Assembly: GCA_002633005.1 (NCBI GenBank)
Contig: NMRA01000042.1
Span: 638,858 to 702,857, forward strand
Length of the DNA: 64,000 nucleotides
Source: Phoronis australis
Taxonomy: Eukaryota > Animalia > Phoronida
Direction: 5' to 3'
Numbering within the stretch: the first letter of the stretch is position 1; each line of letters opens with the position of its first letter. Below, one piece after another: positions 1-13,204 of the stretch. A program made the translations under genes and the position numbers. A model generated the notes under the pieces. That model was given only the letters and a program-made list of their open reading frames with translations, did not search any database and was not told the DNA's origin.

Positions 1-2114
1 AATCTATAATTTTCAAATTGTTGACCCAGACCCTCCTTCTAAAAATCCTTGATTCGAATCCCCCTTTAAAAAACCTGAATCCGCCCCCGTTATGTTTGAT
101 CTTGTGTCGTCGTAAAACTGAATTTTGAAAATAGGGGCCGTTCTCGCTCTAAAACTCCGTCATAAATGCACACCGCGGCATTATTCAGTTCCACCTATAT
201 CGTGCAAGACTGCCATATTCAAAAGTCTTAAACCTGGGTCTGACCAAGTTAAACCTGGTTTAAGCGGATATTAATACAGGTCTAAGGAATATAAACCTCG
301 TTGGTGAAATGAAAACTGACTTAGACCAGGTCTAAACTGGATTTTACTAGACCACTGATCTAATAGTTGAACAACCTTTATGAAATGCAGGTCTAAGTCC
401 AGTTTAAACCTGGTGTAACTTTAATAAACCACCTTAACGAAATAGGCTGCAACTGTTTTGATTTCTGGTCTCTCCCCTCACAATGCATTTTGACGTGTAC
501 CTGTACAGTCTGTTCTCCAGCTTTATCACCTGATTGCAATATTGTGAACTTTCGTCTTTTGTCTTGAGAATGGTTTAGACAAGAAACCGAAACGGGGATC
601 AATATGTCGTTGTTTACATATGCGGTGATTTTAATGTTCGTATTCCTCACTGTCCCAACTCTGTGTAAACACGGGCATCTAGCGATTTAGTGTCCACGTC
701 CAGAGGGGGCCTGCTATCTTTCTTTCAAACCTTAAGGCTAATATGCAGGTCTGTTTTGTTAAAGAAGCGAATAAGCCAGAATGTCACCCTCTAAACTCAA
801 AAATTATTAATGATTAGTGGACTGTGGTAATGAAAAAACTTTCATGGAAATAATGCATTAAATATGTAGCAAGTTTGTGTTTGCCTCTTACAGTTGTTCC
901 ACCACTCATTTAATAATGTATGTGTTAAAGGGTGACATTTTGGTGTTCTTAAAACGGTTACAAAAACTTTCATAGAAATAATGCATTATATATGCCGCAT
1001 GTTTGTGCTTGCCTCTTAAAATTGGGGCATTAGGTTACGATGCTTATGGAAAATTAAGTAAAGTAATGTATAAAACATGGCAGGCAATTCGAGTTTGTTT
1101 CATCTTCTATAGAACATGTTTGACTTTATGATAACGATTGATAAATTGAAATACAGCAATACTAAAAAGTGCCCACAGCTCGATAAATGCGCCGTTGAAA
1201 GCAATGTTATTGGTCAATGTCAGCGTGCGTTTTTTCTAGTGGAGTTACTCCTAGAGTTGTCCAGGATCCTCACCCGCTTTTCAACCCTATGATCTTTAAG
1301 TTTAAACAAAGAAATTGATTCCCTCTATTTATGGACAATTCCTGATGGGTACATGTATGTTGGGAGAGCACCGGGGCAGGGAAACATAGGGCCGGGAAAA
1401 CATCTGGAGGAGACAACACAGAGCCAGCAATGCAAACATCGTGATGGGAGAGTATACATGTAGGGTCACCAGAAAATAGGTCCAGGGTAACATAGGGACC
1501 AGGGGACACTAGTTGAGGAACACTGGGATCAGGAACTCAGTGACTGGGAACAGTGGTACAGACCAAACTATGCATGGCAGATGCAGATACAACCTAACAA
1601 TAATAATTATGCTATCTGCTTCAAGCTGGACATCTGCATGAATGGGTTGACGAATAAATGAATGACTGAAGTGAATGAATATTTTCTAATTAATGCACCT
1701 CAACATGGGCTGCCCAAAACAACATGAAAATATATTGTATTCAATAGCCACCTAACCTCCAAAACGACGGAAACAGTTTGATGTAAATAACAACAGTCAA
1801 TTTACCGTATTGTTTTTGTGTTTGGCTGAAACATGGTGGAGGCCCAGTCTTCCGATGATGAAGCTCCTGTGAAATTGCATCGACTACGTTTTTTAATTCA
1901 CATTTTTGGTGGATTGGGAAAATATGTCAAAATATGACAAAGTTTTGATCAGAATTGAAATAACAACTGTTTACACAAATGGATTTTAACCACATAAAAG
2001 TAGTGATCCATTCGTAGCTAATCCTAGTACGGCACACCACAAACTCACCGTAATTATAGCCGCGATTACTACGATGGCTGTCAAAGAACGGCACGGATAC
2101 TTTTTTTCTCCGTT

Positions 2115-2200
2115 GCTAACTCTTTCGATAGACTTACTACCTCTATCGATAGAGATAGTAAGTCTATCGATAGACTTACTAACTCTATCGATAGAGTTAC
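2115..2200. repeat. Four near-tandem palindromic CTATCGATAG units (~21-bp period), probably subterminal repeats of the IS3EU element
   Basis: ctttcgatag/ctatcgatag at about 2122, 2143, 2164 and 2185, just upstream of the transposase ATG. Confidence 0.6.
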
Positions 2201-2385
2201 GACATCGAAGTTGCTACTTCGGTTTCAAATTTACATGGAGGACCGAAGCAAGCATATTGTCGATTTATTCAAGCTAGGCCCAAATCAAAATGTAATAATA
2301 AATGTACCCATGCGTCGTTTTGGAGTGTCACTAAGCATAAGGCAATTGCGACGTGTTTTGAAGTCTTAAAGTCCTGCTCTCAAAC

Positions 2386-5300
2386 TGCCCATGTGGTTCC
2401 AGTATCCAAAAATACTTACTACATAAATCTTATTTTCGATACCCTTTCTTTATATTATTTTCGCCATGTTTTTCCTTGTAACTGAACGTGCTATCGCTTG
2501 CTCGAAAAGTCTTCATTATTTTGTTTTATTAGTAATATCTCTTGTTTCGTTTGCATATGTAGTGTATTTATAGTTAGTAGTTAGTGTTCGTTGAATTTTT
2601 TTGAATGTTACGCGTACTTATTATGTTAAAATAGCATTGGTGTTTAGTTCCTTACGTAGGCCGGTCGAACCTAGGAACCAATATGGGTCGAACCAATTTT
2701 TTTCGGTTTTATTTTTTTCCTCGTTTTGAAAAGGTACTTTGCATTCATCGGAAAGGTAGTACATTCTACTCAGTAAAAATCGAAAAAGTATCAAAATCGG
2801 GGCAAGCACTGTAAAGTTATTGCAAGTTTTGTGGCGAAATTTGGGTCACTTTGTTTGGATCGCGTCGGCCATATTGGAGGACAGCGGGATGAGTTACGAG
2901 TTTAAAACTTAGTGTAAATTGTTTTCGCCAACAAATTACGGTAAAATTTAGTAGACATATCTTTACTTACTATTCTGCACGATTTAGCAGTGTTCACCAA
3001 ATTTCAGCCTCGCAGTTGTTACTCATTAAGTGATAAATGTGCTCACAATTCCCGTTGGACTTCGATCGTCTCATTTCTGGCGGCACCTACAATGCCGACT
3101 TTTGCTGAACTGAAAGGCATGTTCAATTGGCTACTTTGTAATTTGTGAAGATTTAACGTTGATGCATTTTGACAAACGTTGCTACAAAAAGGAACTTTGT
3201 TCTATTTTCGTGTTTTTTGTGCAAAATATAAGATATATTCGAATTATTTTACTGTGAATTTCCCATTCAGGTGATCTTACTCTAAGCTAAAAATAGTTGA
3301 AATATCTTTGTAATGGTTTTTTGTTTGACTGTAAACTACTGTTCAAGGCTTGATTTTGTTTCACAAAATGATTCATATTTTTCTAAAATTTAAGTCCCAA
3401 TTGCTTTCAAGTCATGTTTTGTAACTTATTGCTTCTTAATTCAGGTTATCAAGTCAACAATATGAATAGTTTTAATTTGAGAAATAAGCTATGTTGGATT
3501 GTGAAGCTTCAAGCCTCCAATTCTTGTTCCTTGCAACTTCATATTTTTTTAATCATGCTTGTCAAATTCTGGTGTAAGGAAACACTATTCGGTCACCATG
3601 GTAATAGTTACGTGTATGTCCACTTTCATATCATGGAAACTTTTGCTGTTGAATAATGTTTATAATGCTAAATTTTGTAAAGTATTGTGCATTTTAAGTT
3701 ACTTATTATGTTAAAAGTTTGAATCATTTTGGGTTACTGTAATGAAAAAAAATGATAACATTTTGTTTTGGACTTGTCATACTTATGTGCTCGAACGAGC
3801 CGCCTATTTGGAAAACTGGAAAAAGGTCTGCCTCAGTCAGAGAAGCACGAATTCGAAAAAAGTAGGAAATGGGACAATATTCCTCTAGAAGACAGGAAGT
3901 ACCAAAACTTAGCGTCTGCAATTCATATCTCTGAACATACCCAGTAAATCTTTTAGTAAAAAAATTCCAGCCGGCCCCATTCTTTTAGGCTTGGTGCGCT
4001 CATATAAAGTCTGGGCAAATCTCTGTTGAAAGCCAACAACTTATTGCACAGTTCGCCAGAAGTACCCAAGTTATAAATAAACTTCGTTTGAGTGAGCGCT
4101 GTGGCCAGCGACCAGTTAGCCTATAGGATAGCCTTGGCGCAAAGCTGTATAAGCCTACTAACAAGCTGTATTTTGACGATAGTCTTCACTGGTAGCTGGC
4201 ACTGAGGCTTGCTAAGGGCTTCCGCGGCAGTGTGACACAGGACTAACCAGCCCGTAATTTCATGAAAGTGTTTGATACTACCTTTGAATATATGCAGAAT
4301 TTATGATTTGAACATTGACTTCGACGAAACAGCTTGCAACCGCATGTATTTACAGTTCGCCAGTGTCTGGTCTCGATCCGCAACGGGTCCGATAGGCTGC
4401 AGTCCCGAGTCCGGCAAAATAATTTCTGTTAAAATTTGTTCGCCACATTTCTTCAGTAAATACGATAAAATTAAGGCGCGCTGTCGATTATTTATCCCCG
4501 TTTGCAGGCTGGTATAGCTTTCAAAAACAGGTACGTGTTTTTGAAAAATACATCTTGGTGTTTTCCATGTGTGTTTCAGTATTATCACCAGTTGATTTTT
4601 GTTCAGCCCCTTGGCTGCCTAGGCCTTAGACAATACTGCTGACCCAGTAGAGACGATGATTATACCATAGGTACTCCATATGCCGGATACTTTTCGGCAA
4701 ATTATGTTCCTATAAGTTTAGAAGTACCGCGTAGAGAGATGCCTCTTATTAGGTCGTTAATGTTTTCATTTGTTCCCAGTTTAAACAAATACTCCTGCAA
4801 TCCATTCAGTTGCCACAGCGACACTGCTTGCGCTAAGGGATAATCCTATGGCGTTATACTGTGGGTGTGATTTTAAAGCACTTTACGTCAAATATTTTTG
4901 AGAAGGTTAAATGGAGTAGATGGTTGCAATCAACATGCCCAAGTGGCCGTCATCCCCTGCCGTAGTCTCAATTATTTGTAAACATTAATTACTTAGGTAG
5001 CTGCAATGATAATTGAATTAAAGTGCCTAAGTGGCCATCGTCGTCGTCGAAGTTTGAGGATGATGGAAGCCACTGTCCATTTCGTCAAACGTCGATTACC
5101 TTAAGTGTAAATCGATTAACTATGGTAGATGCTCAAATTTGAGCATCTGATTTTAAAAAATTAAATTTCAATCGCTGCACTGGTATATCAGCTGATTTAT
5201 TTTCAGTTGCATCAACTGATCTAATTATTAGACGATCAACATTATTAGGCTACAGATCAGACGGCATGTAAATTTGTTAGGCTGGTGGTGGATCAGTTCC

Positions 5301-6912
5301 TGATAAGTCCGTCTGAAAAAGTTGCATGCCAACTCACTCATAGTTGAATGTTAAATTAGTGTTAACAGTTCGCGTTTTTTTTCAGTTGGACTTGTATCCC
5401 AAGCAACAGCTCAGTCCAGAGCCCTGAATATGCAAATGAAATTCAAAGATAAAGACCTTGTGTCTTAGAAGCCAAGTACCACAGATCATCATGCTATAAA
5501 AATAGAAAGACGATTGTGAAGAATGACGAATTCACAGTTTTCAGAGATGTTTTTCTACAGTTTTGTTTGGAGTTCATTGAATCGAAGCTTCTAACACAAG
5601 GAGATGTCATTTGCTTTTCAAAACTTTGAAGCTGTTCTTCAGAAAGCTGGTGTGCATGAAGTTATTTGGACAGGCAATCTTAAGAAATATTGTTGAAGAT
5701 ACTCACTGTTGTAGTTTGTGCCCGACTAAGAGATACGAAAGTGAATTGAGGCTAGTGTTCAATAATTCACTTGCTGACTCTAATTAACACAGCCCGTTAT
5801 AACATATTTTGAATCAAACGTTTGCCCAAATAGTGCCCGCCTCCGAACAAGGACTTAGTGTTTGACCCTTCATTGCCTGCAGGCTAATCACCAGTGTGCA
5901 GTGCTGTACCCTCTCTAATCGACCATAGTTGGCTCCTTGGCGGTGGAGCTTTGCAGTCACGTTAATACATATGGCAATGACCGCATCTCCATTGACAGTA
6001 CTAAACGATGAAAGCTGCAAGTGCAAAAAGAACATGTGTGCTGGGAAAGTGAGTTTTCTGCAATGCTGGGTCAAACTGTACAGAAATGTGCAGCTGTGAC
6101 AACTATAGTAACATCAGCAACACTGACTGCATAACATTGGATAGTTCTTTGACAAGTCAACCCTAAATTGACCTCCAAACCCGTTATTTCCCGTCTTGTA
6201 TTAAAAAGTTAATTTTATTTGTTGATTAAGTCATAGAAAGTACATACGTTGATCATTGTCATGTATTTGTCTCATACTGCTTGATAAACGCTGTCAGTAT
6301 AGTCTATTATTTTCATACAGTCTTTGTGCACATTCACAGAGATCATTCAACTATATTGTTTTTGTACTATAATGTATTTCTGGTGTATTATGTAAACAAG
6401 CTGTAAGTTACACCGTTAGTCAATGTTTTAGTCATTGAGGCACCAATTTTGCCCAGTCTCAAGTGTTTTGTGTAATTTTTGTTGTCTGATAATGCCTAGT
6501 AACATTCAGACTTTGTTTGCATTTTGCCACTAGGTGTCTCTTTACATTTTTTAATTTCACTGTTTACAATTAATCTACAATAGTAAAACATGTAATGTGA
6601 GTGTAATATTGTTCAATACAATGGCACTGATGGGACCATATTACTTGTTTTACAAAAAAGTCACCAAAACTGTTGTTTTTACAAATATAAGTGTACTAAG
6701 CTCTTTGGTGATTATTAGGTAACTTCAAACTCAAATTTCTCAAAAAATGTGCAACTTTATATGTGGGAACTTTTTAGATTTTGAAAACACTCTAATAAAT
6801 GAATTAAAAAACACCAAAATAAAATTGCCCCCCTAAAGTACTCACAAAAACCATTTTCTAGAGGCCCTACAAAATCTGGCCCACCGAATACTACCCATGT
6901 AATAAGGGTTAA
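2386..6912. mobile_element. Composite decayed DNA-transposon insertion ending in a piggyBac-like AGGG-TTAA terminus
   Basis: It interrupts the IS3EU frame and has the right end ...aataaggg|ttaa. No matching left terminus was seen. It contains a coding remnant at 5430-5630. Confidence 0.4.
5430..5630 (+). pseudogene. Frameshifted transposon-protein remnant with a DLVxLEAKYHxxC motif (possibly Academ-like)
   Basis: KDKDLV(fs)LEAKYHRSSCYKN...VFLQFCLEFIESKLLTQGDVICFSKL*. The motif is recalled from large marine-invertebrate DNA transposons; the superfamily is uncertain. Confidence 0.5.
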
Positions 6913-6936
6913 AAACGCGTCCGATCAGGTCTTTAA

Positions 6937-8604
6937 AGGAGCATGCCACCCAAAAAACAACCTAATTTGTATCAATTTAGCTCGAGTAGTTCTACCCCAT
7001 TACGACACGTACGGTTGCGTTACCTGACACCTGACGGCAGACGGAGGTGTTGAAATTATCCAATGACGTCATCGTATTCACACGCAGTCTGTTCAGCAGT
7101 TCACAACACGGGTTACTGGTGTCAGCTTATCGCTTGAAGTCATCGTTTAACACCAATAAATCATCAAACTTCGAAGTAAAACCCTTAAAAATACACCGAG
7201 TTCTTATAAAAACGTGTTGTTTTATTTCGCTATTACGGATTTATTGGTATTTGGACACACCGTAGCCTACAAAGCTCGGCAGGCCAATAAGGTCCGTAGC
7301 AGGAGTTTGGGGTCTGTTCGGAGATAATTTCGAAGTATTTTCCGTGAGATACAGACAGGAGAACCTAGATCTGTGTTGTTTAGACTTGTGATTTTTTGAG
7401 TTCTAAACACAAAACGCTTGTTATCCTGGCCAGTGGCTCGGAGCCCGATCAGGCCCGTCGCGGCCGGCCGGATTGACTCGTTATCCCGGCCAGTGGCTCG
7501 GAAACTGATCAGACATCACGAACATAAACCAGCCAAAGTTCAGTGGAAACTAAACTTCCAAACAAGAAAACACTATACTACTGAGCCAAAGTAATTTGCG
7601 CCTGATTATGTTGTCGAATTAGCCACGAAACTGCAAAGCTACTTACTCGTCGGGGGCCGCGAGCGCTTAGGCCACAGCACCGTCAGGGCAGAAGTTGTAC
7701 ATTGACAATCATTTTTTGAATAATGTAAATGTAAATAAAGATTCCCCTAACACCTGGCCGTGAGATGGAAATCGAGTTGCTTTACAACAGTTTCTGCCAG
7801 CAAACAGTAATTTAGCATGAGCTCACACGGCCCAGGTGTCCCTGACAATTACTTCTATTGCACCTAAAGCCGGTAACGCAGTGAATTATTCATTGTTGAC
7901 TTCTCAAATCATTTGCACTCACGAATACTCCAAAGGTATTACAAATTGCATCCAGTGTGACAGACTTTGTTTCAGTTGATATAAGTATTGGTTAATTTTA
8001 GGGTGAGAATAATTCATTTTGAAACAGAACGCTCAGTAATAAACGCCAACATGGCAACTCGCAATCCCGACTTAAGACGAGTTAGAGCTCATCCGTCAGT
8101 CCCGACCTCGCAGGTGGATCGTTAAGTTTTACAGGCTATCAATTCGAACAGCAATACAGTGATGAAGAAATACTAGAGAGGCGCCGTGAACAAGCTCAGA
8201 CAACGGAACCTATGGAGTTATTTGGTAAGCCGGCATTCGTCAGGCACTGTCGACGTCTGCAGGCAACAGACACGGAGATGTTTCAAGGCCTCATACTTGC
8301 TATTTACAGCGTACATTTCATTCTTCACGACCCTGAGCCACTTTCTAAGCATTTTCGACTCTCGAGGAACTAAAAAACGATATACCCGCTTTCCTCGCAG
8401 CTGCTTAGTTCGGACAAGTGGTAACGATGTACCGCAACATAACTCTGCATATGAACCACTGACGTCGCTAGCGTCGTTTCTCACCTTCCTCAGAGGTCAA
8501 CGCGACACCTCTTGACAAGGTAAGGTCGACCGTATGCGAGGCGATGTGGATATAGACCGATTAAGACGGCCGCAAAGACTAATTAAATCGGGTGGCATTC
8601 TCCT
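6937..8604 (-). mobile_element. Kolobok-like non-autonomous DNA transposon with a THAP-domain remnant
   Basis: TTAA TSDs at 6933-6936 and 8605-8608. 15-bp TIRs AGGAGCATGCCACCC / GGGTGGCATTCTCCT. ORF 8218-8484 (CC...YRFLVPRESKMLRKWLRVV...LRVC) resembles a degenerate THAP finger. Confidence 0.75.
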
Positions 8605-10057
8605 TTAAGGACGTGGTTCGTTTTGTTGAAGAATAAGTTGCGGGCTCGGGTCAGATGCATGGTTATTGATTTATGCATCAGAAGTGCGTAGTAAATGGTG
8701 TGTCTGTATTGTCTATACCACGAGAGACAATTCGGCAGTTGTTAGCTGTCATTGGTCCCTCTGCTGTTGAAGCTAAACGGTGTGAACGGACAGTTCGTGG
8801 GAGGTATGGTGCCCGCAGTCCGAATATCGTTTGGCATATGGACTCTTACGACAAGCAAAAGCTATATGGGATTTGTGTCAATGGCTGTATAGATGATTAT
8901 TCAAGGGAATCTCTTTTCGTTGGCTGGACTACTCTCATGACCATTTCCTATCACCAGAACATTTTAATTTAATTCTAATCTGCCTATTGTCAGTTATTCA
9001 TTGTACTTATCTCATTCTCCCTTGAGGCATTATCATAAATACATGTAATTGCTCATGATGAATTCAAATAGTTATTTTCAATGCTACACTGTTTGTTTAA
9101 ACATACAATTTTCATACCAGATGTGGATGTTTCCAGTGAAATGTCAATAGTATTGATTCGATGTTTATTTACAAAAATATAACTCTTAAATTCCGTACCA
9201 CCATGTCACTCAATAACAAGTCTCATACACAGTGTAAATTATCAATGATGTGGTACTGGGAGCTGCACACAACCTGATTGCACCTGTGATAAATAGGCAG
9301 CTAAAACATGGAACTTCGAAGCAATGGTCTGCACACCTTCAAAAATAGAAGCTATTGTCCAAAGGTCTGACCTTCTAAGGTGGTGAATATTGACTCTTAA
9401 AAAACAATAGTTACCGCCCCACTCTGTATGTACTTTGAACTGGAAAATCTGCATATGTATATACATGCTCCGACCCGTATTGTAATCTGGCCCGTATTGG
9501 AATGACGTCATCATTCCAATACGGGAAGTAGTTTCTGGCCCGTATTGGAATAAGCGGTCGTTGTCGTTTTGTTGCTCTTGGTGTGTTGAAGTGTGCAGGA
9601 TTTCTTGTGTTAAATTCGTGAGATATAAATTATAAGGTATTTTTAACCAGAATTGTGTTGGGTTTAATTAGGGATTCTTTTCTACAGATTTTTATTCTGT
9701 TTCTTAGTGTTATGTTGTAATAATTGAAAAAGGGTCGGCTAAACAGACACACAGGTTCGGGCCTATTAACACGGTGCAAGAGCAAAGTCTGGAGAATACT
9801 CACATTGCGTCGGCACAGGACGGCAGCGAACTCCAGAAGGCCCAGACGATCTTGTCACGTGGTCTTGATAGGTGACTCGTCACGTGGTAGGAGTGTGACC
9901 TCGGCTGCGCTCTTCTGGCGTTAGATGTCGCACCAGGCCAAGACCAACATTGTCACGAAAAGGACATCACAACATAGAGACGCCATTTCAATTTAGCCGG
10001 TGGAGCGTGAGACCCCTGAGGTCCCAATCGAGTCCTCACGACAACTTCGCGTTATGA

Positions 10058-10226
10058 GCTTGGCTGAGGCCCGCCTAAGTGCTACGCCCGGGCCTGCCTG
10101 CGCCGCCTCCGGCAGCTTGGCTGAGGCCCGCCTTAGTGCTACGCCCGGGCCTGCCTGAGTGCGCTGCCTCCGGCAGCTTGGAGGAGGCCCGCCTAAGTGC
10201 TACGCCCGGGCCTGCCTGCGCTGCCT
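10058..10226. repeat. GC-rich minisatellite, three copies of ~57-61 bp
   Basis: Unit gcttggctgaggcccgcctaagtgctacgcccgggcctgcctgcgc... Confidence 0.85.
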
Positions 10227-12502
10227 GATGCGATTCATTGTTCTGAGTACTTTTGGGGCCGGGGCATCCTTGTGTTTTTCTATATGACTATCTAATCCAC
10301 CTATAATTCAAATTCCAAAAAGTTCTACATGTCCACATTTTAGGGGTGTTTTGTTGGAAGAAATATTCACATTTCCGCCATAGGTTAGGGAAGTTGTTGA
10401 CAGAACTTAAAACCGTGAAAATGCCACCAGATGACACAACTTCGTTCAAATCTGTCTGAAACTTCAGTGGGCTTTAGCTGTCTACGAGATAGTAACGGAT
10501 TTGTCTGTCAAGACAAAGAATAAAAACAGATTGCCACTAGGGAGCTCAGGTAGGCGGATACGACCCAAATCCAAGTCTGCTCAATAAAAACACAGAAGAT
10601 CAGTTACAAACAAAAAATGTCACAGCAGTCGAACCTGTCTGAAAATTGACAACCATGCACTTTCCAGGTGAGTAATGTGCCAATTTGCATAATGTTCCTT
10701 GTGTCCGGTAGAGAACCGGACGCCAAAGTCACATTTGAAAACATAATAAATTTTGAATGGCCAGAAGGTGGCGTATATTAGGTCAGATCCATCTGAAAAT
10801 GAAAAGGTGTTATTATTACCGTCTTTTGTTAAGAATCTGTTTGCCAACTTTCACGAAAAGGAAAACATAAAATTAGAGGGGGGCACAACGCCCGACAGGT
10901 TGTCATCCGTCAGGGTTGTCAAATTCACAAACTGAAACTGGAGGTTGGTTTTAGTTGGAAGATGGTGAAATACTGCCATGACCGGGGTGGGGTAAATTTT
11001 TTACACGGATGACACCCTCTATGCCGGAGCCGGTTGAGCAGTCGAACGCTATGTTATGGTGCACTGCCACAAATGCGTGTGTGTATGAAGTGGAATACTG
11101 TACGTGTAACAACCGTGGTCGGTGAAAAGCGTGCCAAACGTGTAATTTTAGTTCCAGTGGCGATTGTCGTCACGGTGATTTCCAAGATAACGTGTAATGA
11201 GTCACATGACACGCACGCCAGTGCTAGAATGTAGTCCGTGACGGACGTTCACGTAATCCGGCTGTGGCATTTATGCAGGGTGAGCGTGTAATTCGGGCCA
11301 TTGGCACACGGTGGGTGATCAGTTGTGTTCAGGGGGTTTAACCCCCCCCCTCCTTTGGACAGGATCAAAAAATAAAAATTAAGAAATAAAAATTAATCGA
11401 AAAAAACGTCGCCAGCAAAACGAAAACGGCACCGCCAGCGTTGGTAAACCACCTCGAAAAAAATTGATTGAGGGGGTAGTTGTATCTCATAAATCTCATG
11501 AAGCGGCTTTATTAATTCACTTTGCAAATGTATTCTGTGGTGATCAAATAACTCGACGTCAACTTTTAGATACCATGACTACTGCTGGCCCCCTAGTGGC
11601 AGTCTCTATAACTTAAAATTTCATGAAATTTGGCCAAAAGGTTTCCATCAAGGAAACGGTGTTTAATAACGACGTTTCAGTGTTAAACTAATTCTGTTAC
11701 GATATTTTGTTTTCTGTTTGTACCTGAGTATCACTTTTGATTAATATCGAAACGTTGTTCACATGCTGCACTCTATACCGTCGTTTGTTTTCCACGTCTT
11801 ACTTCTAATTTCGCCAAAAACAAAAACGATTATTTACATGAATGTTTTCAAATGAGTCTAACCTGTGCTACCACACCAGTGACAGTTTTAGCTCTTCGGA
11901 AACCGTTCATGCGTCTAACCTGTGCCCCCCCCCCTCATCAGCTGCTAACTGGTGCCCTGGTAAGGCGTCTACCTTAATACCTGATAATCATTACGTAAAA
12001 TATATGAACTCATGTTAATCTGAGTTTTGTGATTTTTACAGGATGTTAATCATTTAACCGATTCCACCCAAACCTATTTTGTCACTTTTTGTCACACTCC
12101 CTTGACTGAGAGAAAAAATGACATCTTTTAAAAATATTGGACGCACGGGTTTCAAAATTTTCGTCGTAGCTAAGGCTTACTCCTAGCAAAGTGGTCTCAA
12201 TACAAATTAATACGCAAACTAAAATGATCCCAACAGCTTTCTGCCACAGCAAGTAACTTAGAATGTACTTTGGAAGTTTTCAGCAGTACTAGGGTGAATC
12301 AAACTCACGCTAAGTGATGTGATGTAGGCATGTATAATTGTTACCATGGCGACTGAGCACCATAAAATTTTCGTCCTTAAACTAGAAATAAATAATGTGA
12401 TGTTATGACGCAGAAGGATTCGAATAAGCTTCACACTTCATAATCCAAGTGTAACCCATTTCTGTAAATCAAGAGTAAGGTTTTCACATTTTGTTGCCTT
12501 GA

Positions 12503-13204
12503 CAGTGGCGGATCTAGGATATCACAAGGGGGAGCCAACATTTTGTCCGGCTGTAAACATTTGCGCAAACTGAACCACGATTGTAGATGCGCATAGCACC
12601 GAATGGGGGGAGGTCGGGAGGGGGGTTTGCCCCCCCCTCCCGCCCAGGAAATTTTTCTGTTTTTACATCTAAAAATCAAGTATTTTCCTTAATTCCTGAA
12701 GTATTATCCAAGAAAAAAAAAACGGAGAACGTGTCAAACAGGAAAAATCACAAGTACCAAAGGCTCGAACGCACGACCTTGAGATTAGAGCGCGCGTGCG
12801 TTCCCACTACACTACCACGATTTCTCTACTCATCTCGTACGAAGAGACCTACTTGTTTAAAGTCCACAGCGTTTGCGCGCGAAACCTACTTCTTTTTGTA
12901 ATGCTTATTACACGTTTTGTGCCATCGATTCTTAACAAATTTGTCGTATTTAAAGTAGTCTTCAAATGCCCAAAAGACCAAATCCGTTTTTCGTGTTGGC
13001 AATAATGACGGGATTGCTTTGGAAATCGTCTCAACATAAGGTTTGACAAAGAGAGTATTGCGAGTTTCTGAGTGATTCACTAAGGCTTCGATTAAAATTC
13101 CCATCTTACCAGCAGCTTTTGTTTTTTCATCGTCACTCAGGTTCCATTTTCTTTAAAAAATGAAGTAAATTTTCTTCATTGCACNCCCCCTAAATCCGCC
13201 AATG
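12503..13204. mobile_element. hAT-like MITE with a 5-bp TSD (hAT5-type)
   Basis: TIRs CAGTGGCGGATCTAGG / CCTAAATCCGCCAATG; TSD CTTGA at 12498-12502 and 13205-13209. Confidence 0.75.
12755..12820 (-). other. tRNA-like / SINE-head sequence with Pol III A and B boxes inside the MITE
   Basis: Minus strand: TGGTAGTGTAGTGG (A box) ... AGGTCGTGCGTTCGAGCC (B box). No convincing acceptor stem. Confidence 0.5.

Larger units (their letters stand above)
2235..8910 (+). pseudogene. Decayed IS3EU-type (integrase-core) transposase, split into 2235-~2385, 6913-6936 and 8605-8910 by two insertions
   Basis: The pieces read MEDRSKHIVDLFKLG...FGVSLSIRQLRRVLKS* / KNASDQVF / KDVVRFVEE*VAGSGQMHGY*FMHQK...RYGARSPNIVWHMDSYDKQKLYGICVNGCIDDYSR. 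This matches the GPNxxWHxDGYDKLKPYGxxIHGxIDGYSR motif of eukaryotic IS3-like transposases, with in-frame stops. Confidence 0.75.

Noticed and set aside
10058-10226. Repeat arrays here and at 18233 and 26290 considered as CRISPR-like
   Set aside because: Eukaryotic context, no unique spacers and no cas genes; these are simple minisatellites.
12501-12510. GACAGTG plus a 5-bp TSD as a RAG/Transib RSS-like end
   Set aside because: The TSD places the terminus at CAGTGGCGG, not CAC; no nonamer is visible; hAT5-like fits better.
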